Positions 27,403-39,268 of a stretch of 64,000 nt of DNA are shown one piece after another. Each line of letters begins with the position of its first letter. Position 1 is the first letter of the stretch. This DNA is from Antedon mediterranea (taxonomy: Eukaryota; Animalia; Echinodermata): assembly GCF_964355755.1 (NCBI RefSeq), contig NC_092673.1:30315648-30379647 (forward strand), in the 5' to 3' direction. The position numbers and the translations under genes are program-made. The notes beneath the pieces are model-generated. The model was not told the DNA's origin. It saw nothing but the letters and a program-made list of their open reading frames with translations, and made no database searches.

Positions 27403-29067
27403 TGCTACCTTACAACTTGCGCATAAAATCAAAATAAATATAGCAACCAAACTCGTATTATATAAAGCCAAGCTCGTACACGGGTAGGCTTACGTCCCGG
27501 GATGAATTGTGACGCTCTGTATTCCGCATTATTTATCCGGGGTGGTTCAGCAACCCGGGTAACTCTTTACATCGTTTACGCCGACATATCTGCAGATACG
27601 ACTCGGATTGCACTATTCCAGATTATTTTCGGAATTGCGATTGCCTGCGATGTAAAAGGGTATAATTTATATTTATAGTTAAAACAAAGTTATTTATCGT
27701 TGTTGTTTTATTTTTCAGATCTATTTTAATATTGACTTCCTACACAAGATCAACGCGATACAAATAATTATTATATATGTGAACACAGGAGAAATAACAG
27801 TCAGAGAGATGGTGTAAAATATCAATGACAAATGTTTTATTCAAATAGGAACTAGAACTAAAAACCAAGCTGAAAACCAAACTGGACAACCCCAGATTGA
27901 CCGGACAATAATGCCAGCATACGTCAACTAGAAAATGTAGTAAATTAAAACAATAATTTGATCGTAATTGATAATATAACCTATCTATTTAATAAGCATA
28001 AAAACCATTATATAAAAGTGCGAGGTGCAACTACAACTGAACAATACGTAAAATACCGTTATTAACTAATAGTTATAAAAAGAAATCATATGTAAAAGAA
28101 ATCCGATCACTAAACTTCAATACAAATCGTTCGATTTGTATTTTAAAGTAGCATTTCTACATGTACACAAGTATATGTATACATTATTACATTCTATAGG
28201 CCTATCATTAAAGAGACTGACTGCCTTACTTTATACTAAAATATTATTAACTTAAAAAGGACACAAAGTAACTGGTCATCATCACAATCTTAAATAACAC
28301 AATTATAGTTATACAATGTAGTAGAAAACAAAACAGAATGGACATATTTGGTAGGGTATTGATTGAAACTGTTTTTCAGTGGATTTGATAAAAAGGTAAT
28401 CATAATCATTAACAACAATTGTTAATTTATAAAGCATAAAAATAGAATAACAACAAAGGAACTCGAATCCCACCTTGCATTTATACTTTATGCTATGTTT
28501 ACCTCGGTTACATCTGAACCCGTTCTCTCATCTACTTATTGCAATTCCTTGCCGTACATAGGCAATACAGTATTATGCTTGTCGATAACTTTACTCTTCG
28601 ACTTCTAACTTCTTTATAACAAAGTTTCTGTTAATGATCGTTATTAATTTTCCTTTATTAAGACGCTAATCCTAATAACAGTAATGTACAAAATAACGCT
28701 CCGCATCATTATATGTTACATATTATAAGTGAACTATTTGTTACCACGTAGCGACATCGGGCCGGCTACACTGAAATTTGGCACTTGGCATCAGAGCGTC
28801 TGCGGAAATGGTTACGTAACATTAGTTAGAATCGTTCATTCACGCTTAGTTTGATAGAATCAGTAAAAGTATTCTTTCCACTTTTTAAACAAGACAACGA
28901 GCATTACTTATATATTAAAATTAAGAATTAAAACAAAATGTATATAGCAATAATAATAATCAGGAACATGAATTCAATATAATAAAAAATAAAAAAGCAT
29001 GTTCTTTGTAATCGACTTTCTAAAGGCAAAAACAGTTACATATTTTGATTGATGTTTACTTTTACAA

Positions 29068-32006
29068 CTAACAGCCATCTTCAATATCTCCTTCACATGG
29101 TATTTCAAGTTCACTCACAACTGACATGAACGATTCAATCATTGTATCTTCAGCCGTTGGTGACTCTGTGTTTTTCAATTCATCTACAATCTTTTGTATT
29201 TCATCAGCAGCTTTGTCAAGATTACCTTTATGCATCTCAATTGATGTTTTGACGATTGTGTATATATCCAATCCAATGGCCAATGCACGAAACGCCGCTG
29301 CACCTACTGTAGTTATTTTTAACGACATGCCAGCTATTTTGATTCCAATATCATCAAGATTTTTTCCGACTAAATAAATTGAATAAGAATGAAATTATTG
29401 CATTATAATAATGCTTTTTCTGGAAAAGAATATAGGCCTAATTGACCAAAACATACATAACCAATGTTAAAATATTCACACTCGTAAAAATGTGAAATAT
29501 TATGAAGTTTAATTAAAAATACATATTTTCTGCTTAAATGAGCGATGGCAGTCTTACCAGTTAATGCGGTGGATTTCAGTATTCCAGTGAAGACCTTTCC
29601 ACTTTTGGTTACTATCTCGATATCTTTTTGATTGCTAGATCCAACTACTAAAATAAAAATAGATATCTGAATATAAGGCATACCTTTAGTTAGTGTAGCA
29701 CTAACCCAGAATGACATTAGAAAACACAAGAAATCTACAACAAGTACAGTTTGATCAGGGAAGACTGAACACTCTTCACTGGTCTGATACTGCTTCTGAA
29801 TACAATCCACCGACGTCGGTATCCTTTCCGGAGTTTTGAAAAAATATTCAAAACCTTCTTATCAGTATTGCATGAGAAAACTTACTATCTCAATTAGATA
29901 TACTGTTAGGAGCCTGCCACACAGGCAAACGCACTTCAAATGATCACCTCAACATTATTCTTCTACAGTTACTGCAGTAACGTATGATATCAGTTTGCTT
30001 CAATGTTGAAATGTACTAATAATTGCATAAACAGACAACCAAAAAAAACGTTATTGCAAAAACTACAGTAGATTAATTCTAACATGGTCTCTTACCTTTA
30101 GAGGTGATGCTTTTGATTGTACCGATGAACTGCATAATCTTCTGTCCGATAACTAAATGATTAAAAAATGATTACCTGTTAGATAGACAATATTTAATAG
30201 AAATTAACCCACCCACATAAAAAATACCTTTTGATTGTTTAAGCGTCCTCACATGTTCAGAGTATTTTTAATAATAGCATCACAGTGTACGATTTATTAT
30301 GAGAAATATTAGAATTCTTAATTTTGCTGACAGCTAAAATAAAAGAATTTCAATGTTAATTTCTGGAAACTAAAATCGGTATGCGTTAAAACTATACTTC
30401 GGGCAACATGTATTTATAGTTATAACCTTTCTGGTAGGAAATTAACAGAAAATGTTCAGTGTGCGTACTATGTACAATTTCAATTTAACTGGCTTACATA
30501 AAGTAACCTTGACTGTCTTTCCATCTTTCTTGAAAAAGGTCACGACTTTACCAATCTTCTGTGCAGTTTGTATGTAGATTTTAAGATCATTTTGATATCT
30601 CCCTTGAACTTCTTGCATATTATCACACATGGCATTATACCCTTCCATTAGTTGATTTGCTTCTTTAGTTCCTTTACTTGATAATATGTCAGCTGTAATT
30701 GAGGCACCAATTGACGTAGCTGCACCCGCACCCGCAATGGCACCTCCAAGTAACATTAAAGGCGATGCAAGACCAAAGGTTAGAAAACTAAGTCCAAATC
30801 CGACCGCGCTCGTAACACCACCAACGACCGCTACTGAGGAACCGGTTACCTTGGCAATATTCGACGAGGATCTATGATTTCTGACTCTCTCAACAATCGC
30901 CTGAAGATTTTCTATCAATGTATTCCGAGCAATCTTCCATTGAGTTGATGCTTCTTCTAGTGCCAGTCGGTCCTCGTTCACTTTTAGACTATCTAGATAG
31001 CGCATTAATAGCTCGGTTGTCTTAAATTCTATTGCCAAACTACCAAACAAGTTTTCAATCACTGGTATTGCAGGAATAACAGCATTCGTCAATACAAACC
31101 TCATCCTTAAAAAAATTCAAACAACAAGAAATTTAATTCAACTTTCAAATCATTTAAACATACACTCATTTTAGTTAAGCAGGTTAGGGCCTAAATAAAA
31201 ATATCATTAATTCCACAATCTTTTACATACACGCATTTTGCGTACCTGTATCACCAAATTAATTTGCTGGTTTTTGATAAATTATAATTTTAACCTAGTG
31301 CTTTCTACACATTATTCATAGGGTACGGTTTTTAGTCGCGTGGAAGCGACTCTATAGTTCACTATGTCGGTCGGTCGGTCTGTCGGTCTGTCGGTCTGTC
31401 GGTCTGTCTGTCTGTCGGTCCGGTATCACTATGCATTTTATCGCTTTCTGATCTTATCTTGATATCAGTTTAATCTAGCTAAGTCAATTTTTCACAGTAT
31501 ATTCCTTATGGCCAGGAATCGATGTGGTTATGTTTTCACGGTGCGCAATAAAAAACATTTCAACATTTTTAAGCATGTTCAGTAATTTCGGTCAGTTGGT
31601 AGGTCGGTAAACACTAAGCACGTGACTGCAGCCATCTATATGGCCTTGTTTTCTGCAGGCCTACTTGACGTTGATATTTGTACAATATTCGACACACATG
31701 GAAAATATTAAATCATAGTAAAAAGTTAGGCCTATTTATTAGAAATATATTATGATCTTACTTCCAAGAAAATGAGCCTTTTCCTGTTTTTCTTTTGACT
31801 ATTGCAACCGTAAGCTCTCGTCCAATTGATTGTTTGATTTTTTTGGCGATGCTTAACCATAATTTGTTATCCTTTTCATCACCATTCAGTTTAATTGATT
31901 GCTGAATACGCTCTATGTCAGAATCAGTAATATTTTTAAGAATTATCTGTGAATTCTCCATACTTGATTTGTGTAGCGTTGAAGAGGTGACTAAAAATGA
32001 ATCCAT
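29068..32006 (-). CDS. Apolipoprotein L-like protein, copy 3 (intact, ~432 aa)
   Basis: Exons 32006-31762, 31105-30498, 30152-30096, 29644-29558 (NAGNAG alternative 29647), 29369-29068; sum 1299 nt, open frame; SNIAKVTGSSVAVVGGVTSAVGFGLSFLTFGLASPLMLLGGAIAGAGAATSIGASITADILS and GLDIYTIVKTSIEMHKGNLDKAADEIQKIVDELK are ApoL-family hallmarks. Confidence 0.88.
31328..31651 (+). mobile_element. DINE-1/HINE-like element, internally deleted, in ApoL-3 intron 1
   Basis: Same termini and (GTCG/GTCT)n block as 32411-33198. Confidence 0.75.
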
Positions 32007-32295
32007 TTACAGCGGGTTAAATTACAAAAAGCAACGACAATGCACATTTTAAAATAAAATCATAAACATTTGATCCAAATGAATTTTTTGCAGCTTTGAT
32101 GCTTCAAGACATTTAGGTTTTATTGCCATTTACCCTTAATTGCAACAGGATTTTTTTTTTTCATAACGTGGCTGAATAGATACCTAATCACAAAAATGTG
32201 AAGACCAAAGTTTGCTTCAATAAATTTGTTATCGCGCGCACCAGTGTTGTATTTCTTTTATTCTTGTCAACCCAGACAGCATTTGCCAGTTCTTA

Positions 32296-32415
32296 TGCTA
32301 TGACTTTATCCAAATTCCTTCACTTGCACTGATGAAGGGCTAGTGTTGCCCGAAAGCTCTGCTAACTTTTCTAGCTGTTTTATTTTTTTTGTTTTGATTT
32401 AGCTTTTCACTTTTT
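32296..32415 (+). mobile_element. Penelope pLTR fragment with intact hammerhead core (32324-32364)
   Basis: GCA-CTGATGA-AGGGC-TAGTGTT-GCCC-GAAA-GCTC-TGC; an inverted pLTR piece follows at ~33216-33264. Confidence 0.8.
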
Positions 32416-33198
32416 AGTCGCGTGGAAGCAACTCTATAGTTCACTATGTCGGTCGGTTGGTCGGTCTGTCTGTCGGTCTGTCTGTCGGTCTGTCTGTCTG
32501 TCTGTCGGTCCGGTATCACTATGCGTTTTATCGCTTTCTGACCTTATCTTGATATCAGTTTAATCTAGCTAGGTCAATTTTTCACAGTATATTCCTTATG
32601 GCCAGGAATCAATATGGTTATGTTTTCACGGTGCGCAATAAAAAATTACGCGGTCTACGCACGATTTAACGAAATCACGTTTGTAATCATATCTTCACAA
32701 CCATGAATCACAATTAAATACAATTTGGTACTCATAAATTTCAGGGCATAAATCATCATATGGCAATACAATTACGTGCGTAGCGCATGTAACGCATGCG
32801 TACGCGCGCTTAAAATTTTAAAAATTTATTTTCGATGAAATAAGAGTACATTTCAGGCAATTTTAAGCGTTTACAAAATTGCCATGAGTGCGCATATTTT
32901 TGCGCGCGCACTGCGCGTTAAATGTTATTGCGCACTCTTTTTGCCTGATTTCTGTTTTCTTGACTTACTTTTCAACTCGAAATTACGTTATACGAGCACG
33001 TCGAAAGTGACAGGCTACGTACGTGTAAATTAAAAAAATATAAATGTTTTTAAACATTTCAACATTTTTAAACATGTTCAGTAATTTCGGTCAGTATAGT
33101 TCACTATGTCGGTCGGTCGGTCTGTCTGTCGGTCTGTCTGTCGGTCCGGTATCACTATGCATTGTAGCACGCGACTTAATGGCTGTTGGCCTTGTTTG
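32411..33198 (+). mobile_element. DINE-1/HINE-like Helentron-associated element, long copy
   Basis: Reverse complement of 24071-24889 with few differences. Confidence 0.8.
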
Positions 33199-33298
33199 TA
33201 TGCGAACTGAAATAGCGAAAATCTAAATCAAAACGATAATGTAAAACAGCCAGAAAAGTTAGCAAATAATATGATAATTATATATATATATATATATA

Positions 33299-33701
33299 CC
33301 GGGCGGTTTAGAATTAATGTTCTTTGCCTCTTGTGTTTATATATATAAAAGTATCTCTTCGGAGATCCCGCCTCGTGAATAAAAATACTGAAAGATGAGG
33401 GCGTATCAATTTGATCTCTGTTGCGCGTGCGTACAACTGAGGACTAGTGCTGTTCCGCCGTACCACGCCGAGAATGTTAAAGAGTCGTTATCCAATCGAG
33501 TTCGAACAATACCATGAAAGTCCCAGTGGTCTAATGGTTAGGACATCTGCATATCAAGCAGGCGGTCCGAGTTCGAGTCTCGGTTGGGGTGACTTATTCT
33601 CATTCTCACAGATTTCCTCATCTTTATCGTTTCAAATTAATTAATTAAATTTCAGTATATCACCGGGTGGTTTAGAATTAATGTTCTTTGCCTCTTGTGT
33701 T
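33299..33701 (+). mobile_element. (TA)n-associated repeat with internal tRNA-like core, copy B
   Basis: ~38-bp terminal direct repeat CCGGG(C/T)GGTTTAGAATTAATGTTCTTTGCCTCTTGTGT at 33299 and 33663, (TA)n flanks, cloverleaf at 33520-33591. Confidence 0.85.
33520..33591 (+). ncRNA. tRNA-like cloverleaf, anticodon ATC, embedded in a repeat
   Basis: GTCCCAG/TTGGGGT acceptor, GTCT/GGAC D stem, TCTGC/GCAGG anticodon stem with loop ATATCAA, CCGAG/CTCGG T stem with TTCGAGT; A and B boxes intact. Confidence 0.75.
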
Positions 33702-35188
33702 AATATATATATATATATATATAATAAATCCAAAGGCAAATTACTGAAAAAATGACAATGCTGTGGGTAACAGTGGCTGGATCTCAATGGAGATACAAAA
33801 ATAAAAAGCGAAAAAAAAAAAAAAACAGCCAGAAAACTTAGCAGAGCTTTCGGGCAACACTAGCCCTTCATCGGTGCAAGTGAAGGAATTTGGATAACGT
33901 CATAGTATAAAGCTGGCAAGTGCTGCCTGGGTGGACAGGAATAAAAGAAATATAACAAAGGGAGCCAGGGTGGAGTCTGGATAAGAGTAGAAAACAAAGA
34001 AGGTAGCTTGGTAGAGATATAAACAATTTTGGAATGAGACTAAAAAACAGCTTAAATGGTGGTTAATATTTAAACTTAAATTTTGGTAGTCAATGGAATA
34101 ATTTTACCGATCTGGGAGTATGTTCCTAATGTTAAGTCCAAAAGGTTTTGTGGTTTTAAGTAGTAATTCCCAGTGGTTTTCTTTGTCTTTGCGAGTTTTG
34201 TCGCTCCATTTGACATCGTGGTCTATTGCAATAACTCTGAAATTTGCAATCGAGTGACCAGCTGAATTAAAATGTTCGGCTACAGGTTGATCAAGCTTTA
34301 ATGTTTTGATAGCTGATCTATCTTGTGTCATTCTCATACGGAGAGCGTTTTTTGTTTCTCCGACGTACTGTTTGCCACAAATATTACAGTATATGAGATA
34401 AATGACGTTTTTGGTTAGACAATTAATTGATTGTCTTATCCGAAAAATGCGGCCAGTTTGGTTACTCTAAAATTTTTCAGTAGAATCAACCAATGAACAA
34501 GTTTTGCAAGATTTGCCGCAAAGGTGACTGCCCAAATTTTGGCTGTCATGAGAGTTAATTTCACTCTTAAATTTGGATCTGACTTATATATCACGAAGGT
34601 TGGGAGGTCTACGAAATGCAATAATGGGTGGTTCCGGAAAAACAGTCCTGAGACGTTCTGTGGACTGTAGAATGGGCATATGTTTCTCAATAATAGCCCG
34701 TAATGGAGGCAACCTAGGGTGGTAGGTTGTGACCAATGGCACTCTGGTCGATTTTTTTGGCTGACGTGGTTTGTACGTCAGTGTTTGACATCGAGGAATA
34801 TCTTTTGCTTTCTTTATAGCAGTTTCGATTTATTCCTTCTTGTAATTTCTATTCCGGAGATGTCCTTCGGTACGATTCTGAAAATCTAAATCTGAAGAAC
34901 AGATACGTCTGATATGTAATGCTTTACTGTACGGTATGTTTTTAGTACAGTGTCGGGGGTGACAACTGCTAGGGAGCAGGTACATATTTTTATCCGTGGG
35001 TTTACGGAATAGGTCAGTTTTGAGTTTACCATTTTCTATGGTCACTATAGTGTCCAAAAAAATCAACGCTACTAGTGGATTTGGTAGCTGTAAATTTGAT
35101 AGTTGGGTGGGCTGAATTAATATTGAGAAGAAAAGATTCCAAATTATCTTCACCATGGGTCCAGATCATGAAGTTGTCGTCAATGTAT

Positions 35189-38100
35189 TGTAATATAACG
35201 ATATACTTTTATATTTAAGAAATTGACCTTTGTATCGGAATTCAAATAGGTTCACAAACTTGACCCAGAAAGTCCAGAGGAGAGTTTGTCTAGATGTTTT
35301 AATGACCATTTAGTTTATAATAGAATCCCTAAAGAATAACTTTGTGACTGTCCCCATCGTAAAACAATTAGATATTGACAGTTTTTAAGCAGAGATTCGA
35401 CAGGGCCAATTCATCATTGTAACTTCCCCAGATAAGATCAATCACTCCCACTTAAACACCCCTGGATCAACTTAGGACCAATCGTTACCCTCACAGATTA
35501 CGTAGTGACATATGCAAATGAACCGGAGCTAATAATACTCCCAAGTTTCAGAAGGGCCCAGACACACCTCACAGCCACTTCTTCAGAAGAATATCTACAC
35601 CTCACAGCCACTTCTTCAGAAGAACATCTACACCTCACAGCCACTTCTTCAGAAGCAGACCTACACACTTCACACCTCACCGACAGCATCATTGATCCTC
35701 CGTTCTTTATCTATACTTATAGTTGTATATTGTACTGAAGTATTATACTGAATAAACAATATATGTGTTACGACAGTCAAGCGAGTAAGAGTCTTCATTA
35801 GTACCTCAACAACGCAACACTATATTACATGGTGGAAGACCCAAATTTCATAAGGAACAGAGTGAGAAAACAGAATAACAAGAAAACAAGAAATAAACAC
35901 TTAACAAGACATGAAGACGAAGACAAAAATAACCATATTTGTTTGAAAGGAAAAAACCAGAAATTTACTTTTACACAAAAGACAAGCTGAAATTATATTT
36001 GAATGAGATCGAGACAAGCAGAAATTTTATCAAATTATGACCATTGGATGAAGACAAAGAAGATAATCGAGGAAGACACAAGAAGAATCAAAACAGAAGC
36101 AAGCGGACAAGAACTGTTTCGTTTGGACACTTTCAACTTCACGCCGTTTTTTTCGATCGTTTTTTTTAACATTTACTTTTTTTTGACCATTTTGAACATT
36201 GATGAACACCTTTCGCATTTTTTTGAATTCGTTGTTTGAAAATTTGAACATTGATGAGCACTTTAACATTTCTTAAATTCGTTGTTTGAACATTTAAACA
36301 TTTTTGAACACTTTTTGCATTCCTTTAATTCATTTTTAATTGGATCCGAAGCATTTGGGGTAAGTCAAAACCATTTTGATTTTTGATTTGTAACCTTGAT
36401 TGAAAAGTGAGAATTTACATATATACACACTAAAATTGTTTTTTAAATTGTTAAAATAATTGTTGAATAAACCCGCCGATAATAATAATGAGAAAACTCA
36501 GAACACTGTTAACGTAGTAAATGACGAAACCAATGTTGAATTTGTAGACGAACATGATATGACACCCACCCAATTGCAATCTGATACCTTTACACATCCA
36601 ACTAAAGTAGAACTCCTTAACTTGCAACCTTACATTGACTGTGTAGAGAATAACATGGGATTAGCAGCCCAATTCCAAATGAAAGAAGAACAAATTAAGG
36701 AACAAACTAATCTAATTATGACAGCACCTAATGATTCAAATATGAAATTAAACCGAGGTAGATTTAAAGCAGGACATTTCCAAGTTTTAGTTTCATATTC
36801 TAAACCGACTTCAGCCAAACGCAACACCGATAAAACAAAACAAGAATCTAATGATCGCAAATTTTGGTGGAATATTGACAGATATAACGATACAGATAAA
36901 TTAATTAAAGAGATTATTAATGATAAACAGATACCGATAAGTGGATCGCCAAAACGATTCATAAAACGTTTGTATAATGCAACGAGTTACTGATTTAATT
37001 TTTTTTTGCAAGATTATTTTTAAATTACAACATTTGCTAAATTAATAATAGCATAGTCGGCGCTACTGCAGTTTCGCACCACACCGTTATATCTTCGATT
37101 TCTCACCTAAACTTTCGTTTTTTACACTCACAACATAATATTATGTAACATTTTTATACGATTCGACCACTTACGAAGTAATTTTTTAAAAATAACAATA
37201 CTTTTCAAAACATTTTAAACAATACTGAACTCGCTGTCAACACACTGCGAAATGTTCGCCATCTTATATTTATCACTTAATTGCCTGAATTTATGCTTCA
37301 TTTTACGCCAAAAATTGTAGAAACTATAGAAGGCAGTGTTATAAAATCCGATTACACATATAGGCCTACCACTATTTAGTTTTGAAAAGCAAGAAATGTT
37401 TTCAGCTGGCGAAATAAAGGTTAAATTAATATTTAAGTTTTAGTATTACTATTATTATTCTCATATCGTCGCCGTTTTGATATGTACAGCTGGTTCTTTA
37501 TAAAACCACTCTAATTTGCAGTTTAAAAATAAAAACAGAAAATAAAACATACATTGATTTCTGGCAATTTTCTGAATCTAAAATGGCCACAGTTCAATCG
37601 AAGTTTTCGCCAAAAAAGGAGCTGTTTTGAAAGGCATTTTTTATTGTGATAAAGGTAATATAACGGTGGCTAAATCATGGGAACATGTTACATAATGGCC
37701 CAAAATTGTATGATGTGAGTGCGAGAAAAAAATGAAGCAAGAAATCGAAGATATAACAGTGTGGTGCGAAACTGCAGTAGCGCCGCATAGTCTACGTATT
37801 TGATGAGATTTGTTTAGTAATGATGTGATTTCAGTTAAAAGAGAATTTAATTTATGTTTAAGTATTGATTTTGTAACGAGTTTTTTGATAAAGATTAAAT
37901 TTGAATTTTGATGATCGATATATTGAGATATTGAAAAGAACGACAATCATTTTGTAACAAATATTTTGTTTAACCTTTGAGTCGTTAATCTCAAGCATTA
38001 ATACAAAAACAGGAGATTTTCTTAGTACTTTTAATTGTAATTTTTTTTGACATTGAGTACAAAAGTCGAATTTGTCGATCGATTGAAATCGTAATTACCT

Positions 38101-39268
38101 GTAAATATAAATGCTTAAATCGATAAAGTTGTGACGATAACGATATATTGTGGATAAGTTTGTGTCAACGGGACACACAAATTTGTTTCTTTAAAGTTTT
38201 AAGTGATTAAGTTTGATATTTTGATTTTAGGCTAATCAGCCACAGTTTCTTGAGTTTTATGTTTAATTTGATGATTTATTTTTGAAGACCATTAGAACGC
38301 GATGAGTTGTCGCACGATTTGATTGATGTATTTTCAATGTAACATACTATTTTTAAGTTTTGTATTTTTATTTTCAACTGATTTATGTTTGATTTACGCG
38401 AATTTTTATACCAAATTTATTTTTAATTTCAATTTTTTAAGAGAGAGAAGAGAGAGAGTGAAAGTGATAAGGTTACACTTCAGAGTCAATGGTTTTGGCT
38501 AACTCAATTTTGCTTATATGTATAATAATGTTTTTTTTCTTTTATATAACTTTAATTTTGCATGCCACTATTATAACCATTTTATATTTTAAATAGATTA
38601 GAAGAAAAAAAAAAGGGAAACAGAGGGATGTAATATAACGATATACTTTTATATTTAAGAAATTGACCTTTGTATCGGAATTCAAATAGGTTCACAAAAT
38701 TGACCCAGAAAGTCCAGAGGAGAGTTTGTCCAGATGTTTTAATGACCATTTAGTTTATAATAGAATCCCTAAAGAATAACTTTGTGACTGTTCCCATCGT
38801 AAAACAATTAGATATTGACAGTTTTTAAGCAGAGATTCGACAGGGCCAATTCATCATTGTAACCTCCCCAGATAAGATCAATCACTCCCACTTAAACACT
38901 CCTGGATCAAATAAGGACCAATCGTTATCCTCACAGATTACGTAGTGACATATGCAAATGAACCGGAGCTAATATACTCCCAAGTTTCAGAAGGGCCCAG
39001 ACACACCTCACAGCCACTTCTTCAGAAGAACATCTACACCTCACAGCCACTTCTTCAGAAGAACATCTACACCTCACAGCCACTTCTTCAGAAGCAGACC
39101 TACACACTTCACACCTCACCGACAGCATCATTGATCCTCCGTTCCTTATCTATACTTATAGTTGTATATTGTACTGAAGTATTATACTGAATAAACAATA
39201 TATGTGTTACGACAGTCAAGCGAGTAAGAGTCTTCATTAGTACCTCAACAACGCAACACTATATTAAA
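35189..39268 (+). mobile_element. Non-autonomous LTR retroelement (Gypsy-like signals, no pol)
   Basis: LTRs 35189-35829 and 38629-39268 (TGTAATATA...TATATTACA; 3' LTR ends AA), PBS-like TGGTGG at 35830, polypurine tract 38600-38628, 4-bp TSD GTAT; each LTR has 3x33-bp internal repeat. Confidence 0.93.
37059..37784. mobile_element. Merlin-like MITE
   Basis: ~45-bp TIRs GGCGCTACTGCAGTTTCGCACCACAC(C/T)GTTATATCTTCGATTTCT starting with GG; perfect 8-bp TSD GCATAGTC (37051-37058, 37785-37792). Confidence 0.85.

Noticed and set aside
33520-33591. Functional tRNA-Asp(ATC) gene
   Set aside because: Embedded in a dispersed repeat, atypical anticodon and A32, second copy partly deleted; treated as a TE component.
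35498-35738. ORFs with 11-aa repeats (also 38931-39190)
   Set aside because: Translation of 33-bp repeats inside the LTRs; the frame differs between the two LTRs.
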